Origin: Blastococcus sp. | GTDB lineage: Bacteria > Actinomycetota > Actinomycetes > Mycobacteriales > Geodermatophilaceae | Direction: 5' to 3' | Assembly (NCBI GenBank): GCA_025965795.1 | Contig: JAOPWH010000118.1 | Location: 5,091 to 69,090 of the forward strand | Length of the DNA: 64,000 nt | In this document: one piece after another, positions 36,977 to 47,030 of the stretch | Position numbering within the stretch: the first letter of the stretch is position 1 | How the letters are laid out: each line of letters starts with the position of its first letter | Notes under the pieces: generated by a model | What the model was told of the DNA's origin: nothing | Databases searched by the model: none | The model's input: the letters and a program-made list of their open reading frames with translations, nothing else | Translations under genes and position numbers: made by a program

Positions 36977-38749
36977 ATGGCTCAGCCCGCGACCGACAGC
37001 ACCCCTCCCTCCTCCGGCGACCGGACCGGCTCGGGCCGGCAGCCCGGCTCCGGGAAGCGGCCCGTCGAGCCGCCGGAGGACGCGTCCGAGGCAGTCATGG
37101 GCCTCGACATGGTGCTCGTGGATGCGGCGCAGGGTCCACTGCGGCGACTGATCCCCCCGGCGGGCACGGCGCTGCGGTTCGGGTCGGCTCTCGCCTCCCG
37201 GCCGGGCACCGTGGCCAGCCGGGCCGGCGAGCTGGCGCGCGAGCTGGCCCGGATCGCCGCGGGGAACTCCGAGCTCGCCCCCGGCAAGAAGGACAAGCGG
37301 TTCGCCGACCCCGCCTGGTCGGGCAATCCGCTGCTGAAGCGGGCCATGCAGGCTCACCTCGCCACGGCGCGCACCGCATGGGAGCTGATCGAGGACGCCG
37401 ACCTCGACTGGCAGGACGACGAGCGGATCCGCTTCACCGCGACCAACCTCGTCGACGCGCTGGCGCCCAGCAACGTTCCGGTGCTCAACCCGCTGTCGTT
37501 GAAGGCCGCGATCGACACCGGCGGTCGGAGCGCGGTCAAGGGCCTGGCCCGCTTCGTCAAGGACCTCGCGACGCCGCCGCGGGTGCCGTCGATGGTGGAT
37601 CCGGACGCGTTCAGGGTGGGCGAGGACCTGGCCACGACGCCGGGGGCGGTGGTCTTCCGGACCGACGTCTTCGAGCTGATCCAGTACCGGCCGTCGACCG
37701 AGACGGTGCGGGAAGTGCCGTTGCTGATGGTCCCGCCGACGATCAACAAGTTCTACATCGCCGACCTCGCCAAGGGGCGCAGCATCGTCGAGCACTACGT
37801 CGCGAGCGGCCAGCAGGTCTTCATGATCTCGTGGCGCAACCCCGACGAACGGCACGCGGAGTGGGGCCTCGACGCCTACGGCCAGGCCATCCTCGACGCG
37901 ATGGACGCCGTCGAGCGGGCCACCGGCCAGGAGAAGGTGTCGCTCCAGGCCTTCTGCTCCGGCGGGATCATCACCACGATGGTGATGGCGCACCTGGCCG
38001 ACATCGGGCGGCTGGACCGCGTGACCGGACTGAGCCTCGCGGTCACCGTGCTCGACTGGTCGCGGGCCGGCACCGTCTCCGCCCTCATGGACGAGGACTC
38101 GGTGAAGGCGGCCACCGAGAAGTCTCGGAAGAAGGGCTACCTGGACGGCGCGCAGCTTGCCGAGGTCTTCGCCTGGCTGCGGCCCAACGACCTGATCTGG
38201 AACTACTGGGTGAACAACTACCTGCAGGGCAAGAAGCCGCCGAACTTCGACATCCTCTACTGGAACGCCGACACGACGCGGATGAGCGCGGCGCTGCACC
38301 GCGACTTCATCGACATCGCAATCGGCAACACCCTCACCAAGCCGGGCACCGCCACGATGCTCGGCACGCCGGTGGACCTGTCGAAGGTGACCGTCGACTC
38401 CTACGTCACCGCCGGGATCGCCGACCACCTGTGCCCGTGGCAGGCCTGCTACCGCTCCACCCAGCTCCTGGGCGGGACGAGCCGGTTCATCCTGTCCACC
38501 AGCGGCCACATCGCCTCGCTGGTGAACCCGCCCGGCAATCCCAGGTCCACGTTCCAGGTGGCGGGCGCGACGCCGCCGGACCCGGAGAAGTGGCTGCAGT
38601 CGACGGACACCGTGCAGGGCTCCTGGTGGCCGGACTTCATGACCTGGCTGGGCGAGCGGTCCGGGGAGGAGGTGCCGGCCCCGACATCGCCCGGTGGGGA
38701 CCTGACGGAGCTGGCCGAGGCTCCCGGCACGTACGTCTTCGACAAGTAG
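36977..38749 (+). CDS. phaC: Polyhydroxyalkanoate synthase (class II-like)
   Basis: DKRFADPAW, PPTINKFYIADL, AFCSGG (catalytic Cys), DHLCPW, SGHI, GSWW. Confidence 0.92.
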   Translation: MAQPATDSTPPSSGDRTGSGRQPGSGKRPVEPPEDASEAVMGLDMVLVDAAQGPLRRLIPPAGTALRFGSALASRPGTVASRAGELARELARIAAGNSELAPGKKDKRFADPAWSGNPLLKRAMQAHLATARTAWELIEDADLDWQDDERIRFTATNLVDALAPSNVPVLNPLSLKAAIDTGGRSAVKGLARFVKDLATPPRVPSMVDPDAFRVGEDLATTPGAVVFRTDVFELIQYRPSTETVREVPLLMVPPTINKFYIADLAKGRSIVEHYVASGQQVFMISWRNPDERHAEWGLDAYGQAILDAMDAVERATGQEKVSLQAFCSGGIITTMVMAHLADIGRLDRVTGLSLAVTVLDWSRAGTVSALMDEDSVKAATEKSRKKGYLDGAQLAEVFAWLRPNDLIWNYWVNNYLQGKKPPNFDILYWNADTTRMSAALHRDFIDIAIGNTLTKPGTATMLGTPVDLSKVTVDSYVTAGIADHLCPWQACYRSTQLLGGTSRFILSTSGHIASLVNPPGNPRSTFQVAGATPPDPEKWLQSTDTVQGSWWPDFMTWLGERSGEEVPAPTSPGGDLTELAEAPGTYVFDK

Positions 38750-38754
38750 GCCCG

Positions 38755-39597
38755 GTGACCACGAGACCGTCGCCGACCGGGCCGGGACGCGGGGACTTCG
38801 TCCGGACGGTCACCGCCGCCGGCCGGACGCTGCGCGTCGCCGTCCGCCCCGGTACCGACCCGTCGGTGCCGCCGCTGCTGCTGATGAACGGCATCGGCGC
38901 CAGCCTCGAAGTCCTCGAACCGTTCGTCGAGGCACTCGACGAACGGCGCAGCGTCATCCGGTTCGACGTGCCGGGTGTGGGCGGCTCGCCGCGGCCGGTC
39001 GTCCCCTACAACCTGTCGACGTTCAGCCCGGTGGTGGCCGGCATGCTCAACCGCCTGGGGTTCGACGGCGAGGTCGACGTGCTCGGGCTGTCCTGGGGCG
39101 GCGGGCTGGCACAGCACTTCGCCGTCCAGCACCGGCGCCGGTGCCGCCGCCTCGTCCTCGTGGCCACCGGAACCGGCACCCTGATGGTGCCGGCCAATCC
39201 GCGGGTGCTGTCCCGGATGCTCACGCCGCGCCGGCACCGCGACCCGGAGTACGCCCGCCAGATCGCCGGTGACATCTACGGCGGCACGGTGCGCACCGAT
39301 CCCGAGCGCGCCGCCCGCGCACTGCATGCCGCCACCCGGCTCGGCCCGAGGCGCGGCTACTACTACCAGCTGGCCGCCAGCGCCGGGTGGAGCAGCCTGC
39401 CGTTCCTCAAGCTCATCCGGCAGCCCACCCTGCTCGTCGCCGGTGACGACGACCCGATCATCCCGGTCATCAACGCCCGCGTGATGGCCAGGCTGATCCC
39501 GCACGCCCGGCTGCACCTCTACCAGGGCGGCCACATCGCGCTGATCACCGAGGCCGCCGAGCTCGCGCCGGTGATCGAGGAGTTCCTCGACGCCTGA
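38755..39597 (+). CDS. phaZ: Intracellular PHA depolymerase
   Basis: LLMNGIGASLE, FDVPGVGGSP, GLSWGG, GDDDPIIP, GGH; directly after phaC. Confidence 0.88.
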   Translation: MTTRPSPTGPGRGDFVRTVTAAGRTLRVAVRPGTDPSVPPLLLMNGIGASLEVLEPFVEALDERRSVIRFDVPGVGGSPRPVVPYNLSTFSPVVAGMLNRLGFDGEVDVLGLSWGGGLAQHFAVQHRRRCRRLVLVATGTGTLMVPANPRVLSRMLTPRRHRDPEYARQIAGDIYGGTVRTDPERAARALHAATRLGPRRGYYYQLAASAGWSSLPFLKLIRQPTLLVAGDDDPIIPVINARVMARLIPHARLHLYQGGHIALITEAAELAPVIEEFLDA

Positions 39598-39666
39598 GCC
39601 GCCCGTACGCTCGCATGTCTCGCGTCCGGATCGTCTGCCGGGCGGCCGGACTAGGAAGCAGCCGCG

Positions 39667-41085
39667 ATGGCACAGCAGCCGCCGACGCAGGTGGCGCCCC
39701 CGAGGGTCCCCGCAGGCCGGCCCTGGGTCCGGATCGCGGGCGGTTTCCCCGAGGGACACCCCGGCCGGCGCCGGAGACCGCCGACCGCGGCGCGGGTGCT
39801 GACGCAGTTCGTGGTCAGCAACCTCGCGGCCGTGGCGCTCCTGCTCGCCGGCACCGTGTGGGCCAGCGGCCGGGCCGCCGAGAAGGAGTCGCTGGCCGAC
39901 GCGCGGGCGGCGGCCGACGCGCTCGCCTCCGTCGTGGTCGAGCCCGCGCTGACCGACGAGATCCTGACCGGCGACCCGGGCACCCTGGCGGTGCTGGACG
40001 CCGTGGCAGCCGGCATGCGCCGGGACGCCGAGCTGGTCCGGATCAAGATCTGGGCCGGGGACGGCACCATCGTGTACTCCGACGAGCCGCGCCTGGTGGG
40101 CACCGCCTATCCCTTGGGCCCGGACGAACAGGAGGCCCTGCGCTCCGGTGACACCTATGCCGAGGTCAGCGACCTCGAGAAGCCGGAGAACCGGTACGAG
40201 CGGGCGCGGGGATGGCAGCTCCTGGAGGTCTACCGCCGGGTGCACACGCCATCCGGGGAGCCGCTGCTGTTCGAGACCTACTTCCGGTACGGAGATGCGA
40301 CCGCCCGGCAGGTGGACATCTGGCTCACCTTCGCGCCCATCTCCGTGACGGCGCTCCTGCTGCTCCTGCTCCTGCAGCTCCCGCTCGGCCACCGGATGAT
40401 CCGGCAGCTGCGCGCCGGCGAACAGGAGCGGCAGGCGCTGCAGACGCGGACCGCCGACGCCTCGATCGACGAACGCCGACGGATCGCCGGCAGCCTCCAC
40501 GACGGCATCGTCCAGGACCTGTCGGCCGCCTCCTACGTGCTGTCAGGGGCGGTGCAGGGACTGGAGAACCGCGCACCCGAGGGCACCGGCGAGATCACCG
40601 CGTCACTCCGGGCCGCCAGGACGGCGGTGCGGGACTCCGTGACGGCCCTCCGCTCGCTGCTGATCGAGATCTATCCTGCTCATCTGTCCGAGGCGGGGCT
40701 GCCGTCGGCCCTGCGCGACCTGGCCACCCGGCTGCGTCCCCGGGGCGTGGACGTCGTCGTCAGGGTCCCGACCGACGTCGACGTGCCCCCGGATGTGGCG
40801 GCGCTGGTGTTCCGGGTCGCCCAGGAGGCGCTGATCAACGTGGCCAAGCACGCCGGGGCCCGGCGCGTGACGCTGGAGGTACGGACGGAGGTGGACGCGG
40901 TGACGCTCGAGGTGACCGACGACGGCGTCGGCTTCGACCCCGATGTCTCGACGGCGGACACCCGCTCCGGCCACTTCGGCCTACGGGTCGTCGCCGACCT
41001 GGCCGACGCCGCGGGCGCGACGCTCGACGTGGCGACGGCGCCGGGCGAGGGCACCGCACTGCGGCTGCGGGTGCCCCTGCCGTGA
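39667..41085 (+). CDS. Membrane sensor histidine kinase (HisKA_3)
   Basis: ERRRIAGSLHDGIVQDL, QEALINVAKHA, DDGVGF, GHFGL. Confidence 0.93.
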   Translation: MAQQPPTQVAPPRVPAGRPWVRIAGGFPEGHPGRRRRPPTAARVLTQFVVSNLAAVALLLAGTVWASGRAAEKESLADARAAADALASVVVEPALTDEILTGDPGTLAVLDAVAAGMRRDAELVRIKIWAGDGTIVYSDEPRLVGTAYPLGPDEQEALRSGDTYAEVSDLEKPENRYERARGWQLLEVYRRVHTPSGEPLLFETYFRYGDATARQVDIWLTFAPISVTALLLLLLLQLPLGHRMIRQLRAGEQERQALQTRTADASIDERRRIAGSLHDGIVQDLSAASYVLSGAVQGLENRAPEGTGEITASLRAARTAVRDSVTALRSLLIEIYPAHLSEAGLPSALRDLATRLRPRGVDVVVRVPTDVDVPPDVAALVFRVAQEALINVAKHAGARRVTLEVRTEVDAVTLEVTDDGVGFDPDVSTADTRSGHFGLRVVADLADAAGATLDVATAPGEGTALRLRVPLP

Positions 41086-41738
41086 TCGACGTCCTGGTGG
41101 TGGACGACCACGCCCTCATGCGGGCCGGCCTGACCACCCTCATCGACGCCGCCCCGGACATGCGCGTGGTGGGCGTCGCCTCCGACGGGCGGGAGGCCGT
41201 GGAGGAGGTCGTCGCCTGTTCGCCCCGCGTGGTGCTGATGGACCTCTCCATGCCGAACATGGACGGCGTCGCTGCCACCCGGCTGATCACCGCCGCCCAT
41301 CCGGACGTCGAGGTGCTGATCCTGACCTCGTTCTCCGACGGGGAGCGCGTCCTGGACGCCCTCGACGCCGGCGCGGCCGGTTACCTGCTCAAGGACGCCG
41401 AGCCCGGAGACCTGATCGGCGCGATACGCGCGGTGGCCGGTGGCCAGTCACCACTGGACCCCCGGGTGGCCCGCACCCTGATCAGCGCGCGCCGTGCGCC
41501 GTCGCCGTCGTCGGGCGCCGCGGAGCTGACCGAGCGCGAACGCGAGGTCCTCGCCCTCGTCGGCCTGGGGCTGGCGAACAAACAGATCGCGCGCCGGCTG
41601 GGCATACAGGAGGGCACGGTCAAGGCGCACCTGACGCACGTCTTCCAGCGGATCGGCGTGCAGGACCGCACGTCCGCGGCGCTCTGGGCCCGCCGGCACC
41701 TCGATGCCGGCGGTCTCCGGGAGTTTCCGGGGTCGTAG
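41082..41738 (+). CDS. NarL/LuxR-family response regulator
   Basis: VVDDH, LMDLSMP, GYLLKD, LTEREREVL...TVKAH. Confidence 0.94.
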   Translation: MIDVLVVDDHALMRAGLTTLIDAAPDMRVVGVASDGREAVEEVVACSPRVVLMDLSMPNMDGVAATRLITAAHPDVEVLILTSFSDGERVLDALDAGAAGYLLKDAEPGDLIGAIRAVAGGQSPLDPRVARTLISARRAPSPSSGAAELTEREREVLALVGLGLANKQIARRLGIQEGTVKAHLTHVFQRIGVQDRTSAALWARRHLDAGGLREFPGS

Positions 41739-41822
41739 GCCGATCGTCCACTGTCCTGCCTGGACCTCCTGGGCGTTGGCTCGGCCGTGCAAGCAGTCAG
41801 CCACCCCTTCCTGGAGGTTCCG

Positions 41823-42224
41823 ATGCGTTCCCTCACCCGACTGTCGGTCGCCGCGCTCGTCGGCGCCGCCACCCTGCTCCCCATGTCCTCCGCCTCCGCC
41901 ACCTCCGCCGCCGATGCCGTCACGCGGAGCGGAGCCTGCAGTGCCAGCAGCACGTGGACGATGCGTGCCGCCGAGGCGCAGGGCGACGTGGCCGCGCTGC
42001 GGTTGACGGTCGACTCCACCCGGGCCGGTGACACCTGGAACGTCCGGATGCTGCGGCAGGGCACCCAGTTCTTCGCCACCCAGCGGACCACCAACGCCCA
42101 GGGCGACGTCACCGTCACGCAGTCCGCCCGTGAGGTCAACAACGTCGACGACGTCTACACCGCCACCGCCCGCAACCTTCGCTCCGGCGAGACCTGCTCG
42201 GCACGCGTGGTGCTGCCGGACTGA
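41823..42224 (+). CDS. Small secreted protein
   Basis: GGAGG RBS; signal peptide; one Cys near each end of the mature domain. Confidence 0.75.
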   Translation: MRSLTRLSVAALVGAATLLPMSSASATSAADAVTRSGACSASSTWTMRAAEAQGDVAALRLTVDSTRAGDTWNVRMLRQGTQFFATQRTTNAQGDVTVTQSAREVNNVDDVYTATARNLRSGETCSARVVLPD

Positions 42225-42360
42225 GCGAACCCGGTCGTGGCGTCGCCGGTCGTCCTTCGGAAGGGTGACCCGCAGGTATTGCGTCCGTGCCCCCTTACAG
42301 CTTCCCCGGTAGATGCCGATGACTCCTGCAGCAAGAGACCGCTGACAGGAGAGGGATGAG

Positions 42361-44217
42361 ATGAGCACGCCGGAGGCCGACGCCACGACGCGTTCGGCGA
42401 CGCCGCGTTCCCGACCCGGGGGGCTTCCCGTCCGCTCCCGGGTGGTGCTGCTCGTCCTCGCGCTCGCCGCGATGGCCGGCACGCTCGGCGTCACCGTCCT
42501 TCCGCAGCTCTCCGGCCCGGCAGAGCCCCTCGGCCTTCCGTGGCTGGTCTGGGCGGCTGCGTTCGCCACCGGCGAGTTCCTCGTCGTGCACATCCAGCTG
42601 CAGCGGGACTCGCACTCCTTCTCGATGACCGACCTCGTCCTCGTTGCCGGGCTCTACCTCCTGGAACCGGAGGCCCTGGTCCCCGCGCTCGTCACCGGGG
42701 TCGGTCTGGCACTGGTCCTGCACCGTCGCCAGTTCGGCCTCAAGCTGGCGTTCAACCTCGCCCAGTACGGCCTCGCAGGGTGCCTGGCCGCGATCACCTT
42801 CGCCACCCTGGGCCGCAACACCGTCCTCGCCGGCGCCTGGGACTGGATCGCCGCGCTGGCCGCCATCGGGGCCTCCACCACGACCGCGGGCCTGTGCATC
42901 TGGGCGGTCATGCGGGTCTCCCAGCCGACCTTCCAGCTGCGCGAGCTCGGCCGGATCCTCGGTCTCTCCCTGCCCTTCGCGCTCGGCGTGGCCGCCGTCG
43001 GCCTGCTCGCCGCGAACACCGCGGCGCAGAGCCCGGCCTCGCTGGGCCTGCTCGCCCTGCCGTCGGGCCTGCTGATCGCCGCCTACCGCGCCTACGCGAA
43101 GGCCCGCGAGCAGCAGAACAATCTGCGGGTCCTGCACGAGATCACCTCGCTGCTCTACAACAGCGACGACGCCCAGACCGCCCTGACCGACTTCCTCACC
43201 GCGGTGCGCGGCGCCTTCAAGGCGGGGAACGCCGAGCTCGTGCTGTTCGGTGACGAGGGCGCCCCGCCCACCCTGAGCCGCAGCCGCGAGGGCGACAAGC
43301 CCGTGGCCCTGCAGGTCATGGAGCGCACCGAGGACGCCGACGCGATGGTCGCCTGGGCCACCGGGACCGGCGAACACACGACCCGCACGGGCCTCGGACA
43401 CGACTCCGCGCTCGAGCGCTACGTCACCCGGCACACGCTCAAGGACGGCATGGTGTCGCTGCTGGAGACCGATGGGCGCGTCCAGGGGCTGCTGATGGTC
43501 ACCGGGCGCCTCGGCGACGTGGGCACGTTCGCCGGCAGCGACCTGGCCCTCCTCGAGACCTTCGCGCGGCACGTGGCAACGTCTCTGGACCGCGGCCGGC
43601 TGGAGACCGACCTCCGGCGGGTCATCGAGCTCCAGGAGGAGTTGCGGCACGCGGCGATGCACGACCCGCTGACCGAGCTGCCCAACCGCACGCTCTTCCT
43701 CGACCGCACCGAGCACGATCTGCACCTGGCCGGCCGCAACGGCCAGTGGCCCGCGGTGCTCTACATCGACCTCGACGGCTTCAAGCCGGTCAACGACACC
43801 TACGGCCACCAGGCGGGTGACCTGCTGCTGAAGGTGTTCGCCCAGCGCCTGCACGACTGCGTGCGCACGGCGGACACCCCTGCCCGGCTGGGTGGGGACG
43901 AGTTCGCCGTCCTCCTGCACGGCCCGATCGACGAAGCCGGCGTGCACACGGCGCTGGACCGCATCCGCGTCGAGCTGGACCGACCGGTGGAGCTCGGTGG
44001 CGGGCGGACCGCGAAGGTCGGCGCGAGCATCGGCGTCGCCTTCAGCGACCGGGACACCGACATCGACGGCCTCATCCGCCGCGCGGACCTGGCCATGTAC
44101 ACGGCCAAGCGTGGTGGCCGCGGGATCTCCGTCTTCTACGATCCCTCGCTCGAGGCGGCAGAGCCCTCCGAACCCCAGGTGGACGACGTCGCTGCGGGAA
44201 CAACGCCCGCTCCCTGA
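42361..44217 (+). CDS. Membrane-bound diguanylate cyclase (TM sensor, GAF-like, GGDEF)
   Basis: HDPLTELPNR, IDLDGFKPVNDTYGH, RTAD I-site five residues before an intact GGDEF. Confidence 0.93.
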   Translation: MSTPEADATTRSATPRSRPGGLPVRSRVVLLVLALAAMAGTLGVTVLPQLSGPAEPLGLPWLVWAAAFATGEFLVVHIQLQRDSHSFSMTDLVLVAGLYLLEPEALVPALVTGVGLALVLHRRQFGLKLAFNLAQYGLAGCLAAITFATLGRNTVLAGAWDWIAALAAIGASTTTAGLCIWAVMRVSQPTFQLRELGRILGLSLPFALGVAAVGLLAANTAAQSPASLGLLALPSGLLIAAYRAYAKAREQQNNLRVLHEITSLLYNSDDAQTALTDFLTAVRGAFKAGNAELVLFGDEGAPPTLSRSREGDKPVALQVMERTEDADAMVAWATGTGEHTTRTGLGHDSALERYVTRHTLKDGMVSLLETDGRVQGLLMVTGRLGDVGTFAGSDLALLETFARHVATSLDRGRLETDLRRVIELQEELRHAAMHDPLTELPNRTLFLDRTEHDLHLAGRNGQWPAVLYIDLDGFKPVNDTYGHQAGDLLLKVFAQRLHDCVRTADTPARLGGDEFAVLLHGPIDEAGVHTALDRIRVELDRPVELGGGRTAKVGASIGVAFSDRDTDIDGLIRRADLAMYTAKRGGRGISVFYDPSLEAAEPSEPQVDDVAAGTTPAP

Positions 44218-44252
44218 GCCGGAGGCCGCCTGAACCGCTCGAGGACCGTTCC

Positions 44253-44674
44253 TCAGTGGTACACGCGCATGACGGCGTGCCCCTTGCCCCGACCCATCAG
44301 CCAGCGGTCGACCGGCGTGGTGGGGACGAAGGCCACGGCGAGCGAGACGGCGAGCGCTCCCCAGAAGAGTGCTGACGTGATCCCGGCATCCATGGCGCCC
44401 GGGACGGCGACGATCACGGCGTTGTCGATGACCACCATGACCGCGACGGAGACCGTGTAGCCGCCGCGACCGTGGCCGCCCTACGGCACGGCACGCCGGC
44501 CCGCAGCACGCCGCGCTTGGTCAGTGCGTAGCCGAAGACGAAGGCCGGCGCGATCGACAGGACCACGGTCGCCCCGTCGGGCAGGCCGAGCGACGTCCCG
44601 ATCACCATGGCCCAGGAAACGGGTCGCTGCGTGTCGTGCTCGGGATGTTCCACGTGCTCGGAACCGGTGTCCAT
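44253..44674 (-). pseudogene. DUF4396-family membrane protein, frameshifted and apparently internally deleted
   Basis: Two frames (44414-44674; 44253-44438) encode MVIGT..AFVFGY and DNAVIVAVPGAMDAG..FWGAL..RGKGHA; frameshift near 44460. Confidence 0.75.
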
Positions 44675-44711
44675 GTCGTGGTCCTTTCGTCATGGACGAA
44701 TGGACCACGAC

Positions 44712-44728
44712 ATACCCCAACGGGGTAT
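44712..44728. promoter_or_regulatory. CsoR/RicR-type copper operator
   Basis: Palindrome ATACCCC-AAC-GGGGTAT with perfect 7-bp arms, 37 nt upstream of the DUF4396 start. Confidence 0.75.
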
Positions 44729-44830
44729 TCGGTGCCACGACCGAGCCGGCCGATCTGCTGCCCCAGTGCGCTCGACGATCGATTGCCGTTCCGGATGACG
44801 CCCGCGCCTGCGGTGGCTTAACCTTGACCG

Positions 44831-45124
44831 ATGGCCGCCAAGGACCTGCCCGAGCTGGTACGCCGCCGCCTGTGGGAGCTGGCCCGCACCGTCGAGGAGG
44901 CCTCGCAGCGGTCCTGCCGGGTCCTCCCCGCGGAGACGATCTCGCGCATCGCCCGCAGCGGAGGCAGCAGCTTCATCAGCGAAGGCGTCGCCGAGTACCT
45001 GGCGAAGGCGCTCGACGTGCCCGAGAACCGGGTCCGCCGGGCCGCGGGCCTTCCCGCGGTGCCCGACCCGCGCGAGAGCATCACCACCCGGCCGAACCTG
45101 CGACTCGTCCGCAACGACTCCTAG
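44831..45124 (+). CDS. Small hypothetical protein, possibly Cro/C1-HTH-like
   Basis: LAKALDVPENRVRRAAGLP; TAACCT 6 nt before ATG (leaderless). Confidence 0.65.
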   Translation: MAAKDLPELVRRRLWELARTVEEASQRSCRVLPAETISRIARSGGSSFISEGVAEYLAKALDVPENRVRRAAGLPAVPDPRESITTRPNLRLVRNDS

Positions 45125-45168
45125 CCGTCAGTACGCCCTCGCGAACCTCGTAGCCGGACCCGCGGGCC

Positions 45169-45798
45169 TCAGGCGTACGACCGGACCACGTGACCGGTGG
45201 CGCCACCGAAGGCGTCGACCACGAAGCCACGGACTATCAACACGTCGGCGAGGGCGCGGTTCATCACCTGCTGGACCGTGGCGTCGGCCCCGACACCGTG
45301 CACCTGGTCGACGCTCATCCGGTCGTGCTGGCGCCAGGTGAGAACGACGCCGTCGAGCGTCGGCTCGGGGGTCAGGCACGCTCCGCCGACCTCGCTTCCC
45401 GCTCCGGTGGAGTCGTGGAGGGGCAGCCCCGCCTCGGCCAGTGCCGCGGCGACCTCGACCACCAGCGTCGCGAGCGGGTCGTCGTCGGAGAGCTCGGAGT
45501 CCCAGTCGTCCGGGAGGCGCTCGAGCTGCTCACCCAGGTGGGCCAGCCAGGCCCAGTCCTGCGGCGACGGCCGGCGGTTGAGGGCGCCGTCCTTGCGGCG
45601 GACGCCGTAGACCGGACGCACGCCGTCGGGGTCGCCGAGGTCGTACGCACCTGCGGCCCAGCTCACCTCGGCTCGGTCCGGGAACGGCCCGGCGACCACT
45701 CGACCGGGCCCGTCCTGCTCGTCGACGACCAGCCACCAACCCTGGCCGATCCCTCCGCCGAGGACCACTTCACCGCTCGGTAGACCCACGCCGCTCAC
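45169..45798 (-). CDS. Hypothetical protein
   Basis: GC3-biased frame; GGAG upstream of GTG; start estimated. Confidence 0.65.
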   Translation of the reverse strand: MSGVGLPSGEVVLGGGIGQGWWLVVDEQDGPGRVVAGPFPDRAEVSWAAGAYDLGDPDGVRPVYGVRRKDGALNRRPSPQDWAWLAHLGEQLERLPDDWDSELSDDDPLATLVVEVAAALAEAGLPLHDSTGAGSEVGGACLTPEPTLDGVVLTWRQHDRMSVDQVHGVGADATVQQVMNRALADVLIVRGFVVDAFGGATGHVVRSYA

Positions 45799-46069
45799 CC
45801 TTACCACTCCGTGACGATCGACCACCGCTGAACAAGAGCGACGACCACCGCCAGCCGTGGCGGATGCATGAAAGGTAGGTGCCGGCGACCGGATATCCGG
45901 CCTCCCGCGACGGGCCGGGGCGCCGCGTTCCCTAATCGTTGCGGAGGGGCCGATCGGGACCGCTGACCCGTCCCCGGACTCGTCTCCATGTCGACTCGGC
46001 CCGCCGCCACGAGCGTGGAATGCCGCGCCCCGGCATCGGTCACCCCCGGACACGCCCGGTTGCTCTGTG

Positions 46070-47017
46070 TCAGGCGCCGCCCACGACGTCCAGCGCGGCC
46101 AGCACCGTCGACCAATAGCTCTCGACATCGAGTTCTACCGCGACCCGCGCGTTGGCGTCCCTACCCCAGCGGTGGAACAGATCGACAGCAGTGGCACCTC
46201 TGGTCCATGTGCCTGCCGTCTCCACGGCCACGAAAGCGTCGACGCAGCGGACCGCCTCCGGCTCGATGAGCTGGAAGACGGCGCAGGGATCGTGGACCGG
46301 AGGTGCATCGAAATTCCAGACCCGGCTGTACGAGCTCCCGAAGAAGCCCATCCATTCCGAGGCGATGCGACCGACCTCATGGGGCAGGGCACGCATGGCC
46401 GCTACGACGTCGGGGGTGGCCAGCGCCTGGTGTGTCAGGTTGAGCCCCACCATGGTCACGGGCAGCCCCGCCGAGAGCACGACCTCGAGCGCCTCGGGAT
46501 CACTGTAGGTATTGAACTCGGCGTACGGACTGTGGTTGCCACGTTCTGTCGAGCCGCCCATGAAGACGATCTCGCGCACGCGCGGAAGGACGTCGGGCCT
46601 GTCCTGGATCAACGCTGCGACGTTGGTGATGGGCCCCGTCGCGACGAGCGTGACGGGGACAGCAGAGCCCGACAGCAGGTCCGCCATCAACTGGACGGCG
46701 CCCCGCTCGTCCACGTCGCACGCTGGGGCGGGCATGGCGGGCCCGTCGAGCCCGCTGACCCCGTGAACGTAGTTGCCCAGCTCGGCCGTACCGGCCAGCG
46801 GTCCACTGGCGCCCTGGCCGACCGGCACGTGCGTCGCCCCGCCGAGCGTCAGCACCTGCAGCGCGTTGCGAGTGGCGTCGGCGAGCGAGCAGTTCCCGAA
46901 GGTGGTCGTCACGCCCAACAGGTCGATGGACGGCGAGCCGAGTGCCAGCAGGATGGCGATGGCATCGTCGTGGCCGGGGTCGCAGTCGAGGATGATCGGT
47001 ACCGCAGTGGATGACAA
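46070..47017 (-). CDS. Inosine/uridine-preferring family nucleoside hydrolase
   Basis: DCDPGHDD, HGVSG, TGPITN, MGGS, AEFN, VHDP; TTG start after GAGGAAGG. Confidence 0.93.
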   Translation of the reverse strand: MSSTAVPIILDCDPGHDDAIAILLALGSPSIDLLGVTTTFGNCSLADATRNALQVLTLGGATHVPVGQGASGPLAGTAELGNYVHGVSGLDGPAMPAPACDVDERGAVQLMADLLSGSAVPVTLVATGPITNVAALIQDRPDVLPRVREIVFMGGSTERGNHSPYAEFNTYSDPEALEVVLSAGLPVTMVGLNLTHQALATPDVVAAMRALPHEVGRIASEWMGFFGSSYSRVWNFDAPPVHDPCAVFQLIEPEAVRCVDAFVAVETAGTWTRGATAVDLFHRWGRDANARVAVELDVESYWSTVLAALDVVGGA

Positions 47018-47030
47018 GGGTGGACCTTCC

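Noticed and set aside
36901-39597. 898-aa ORF suggesting a long PhaZ fusion
   Set aside because: Only the part from GTG 38755 has PhaZ motifs; the rest is an alternate frame of phaC.
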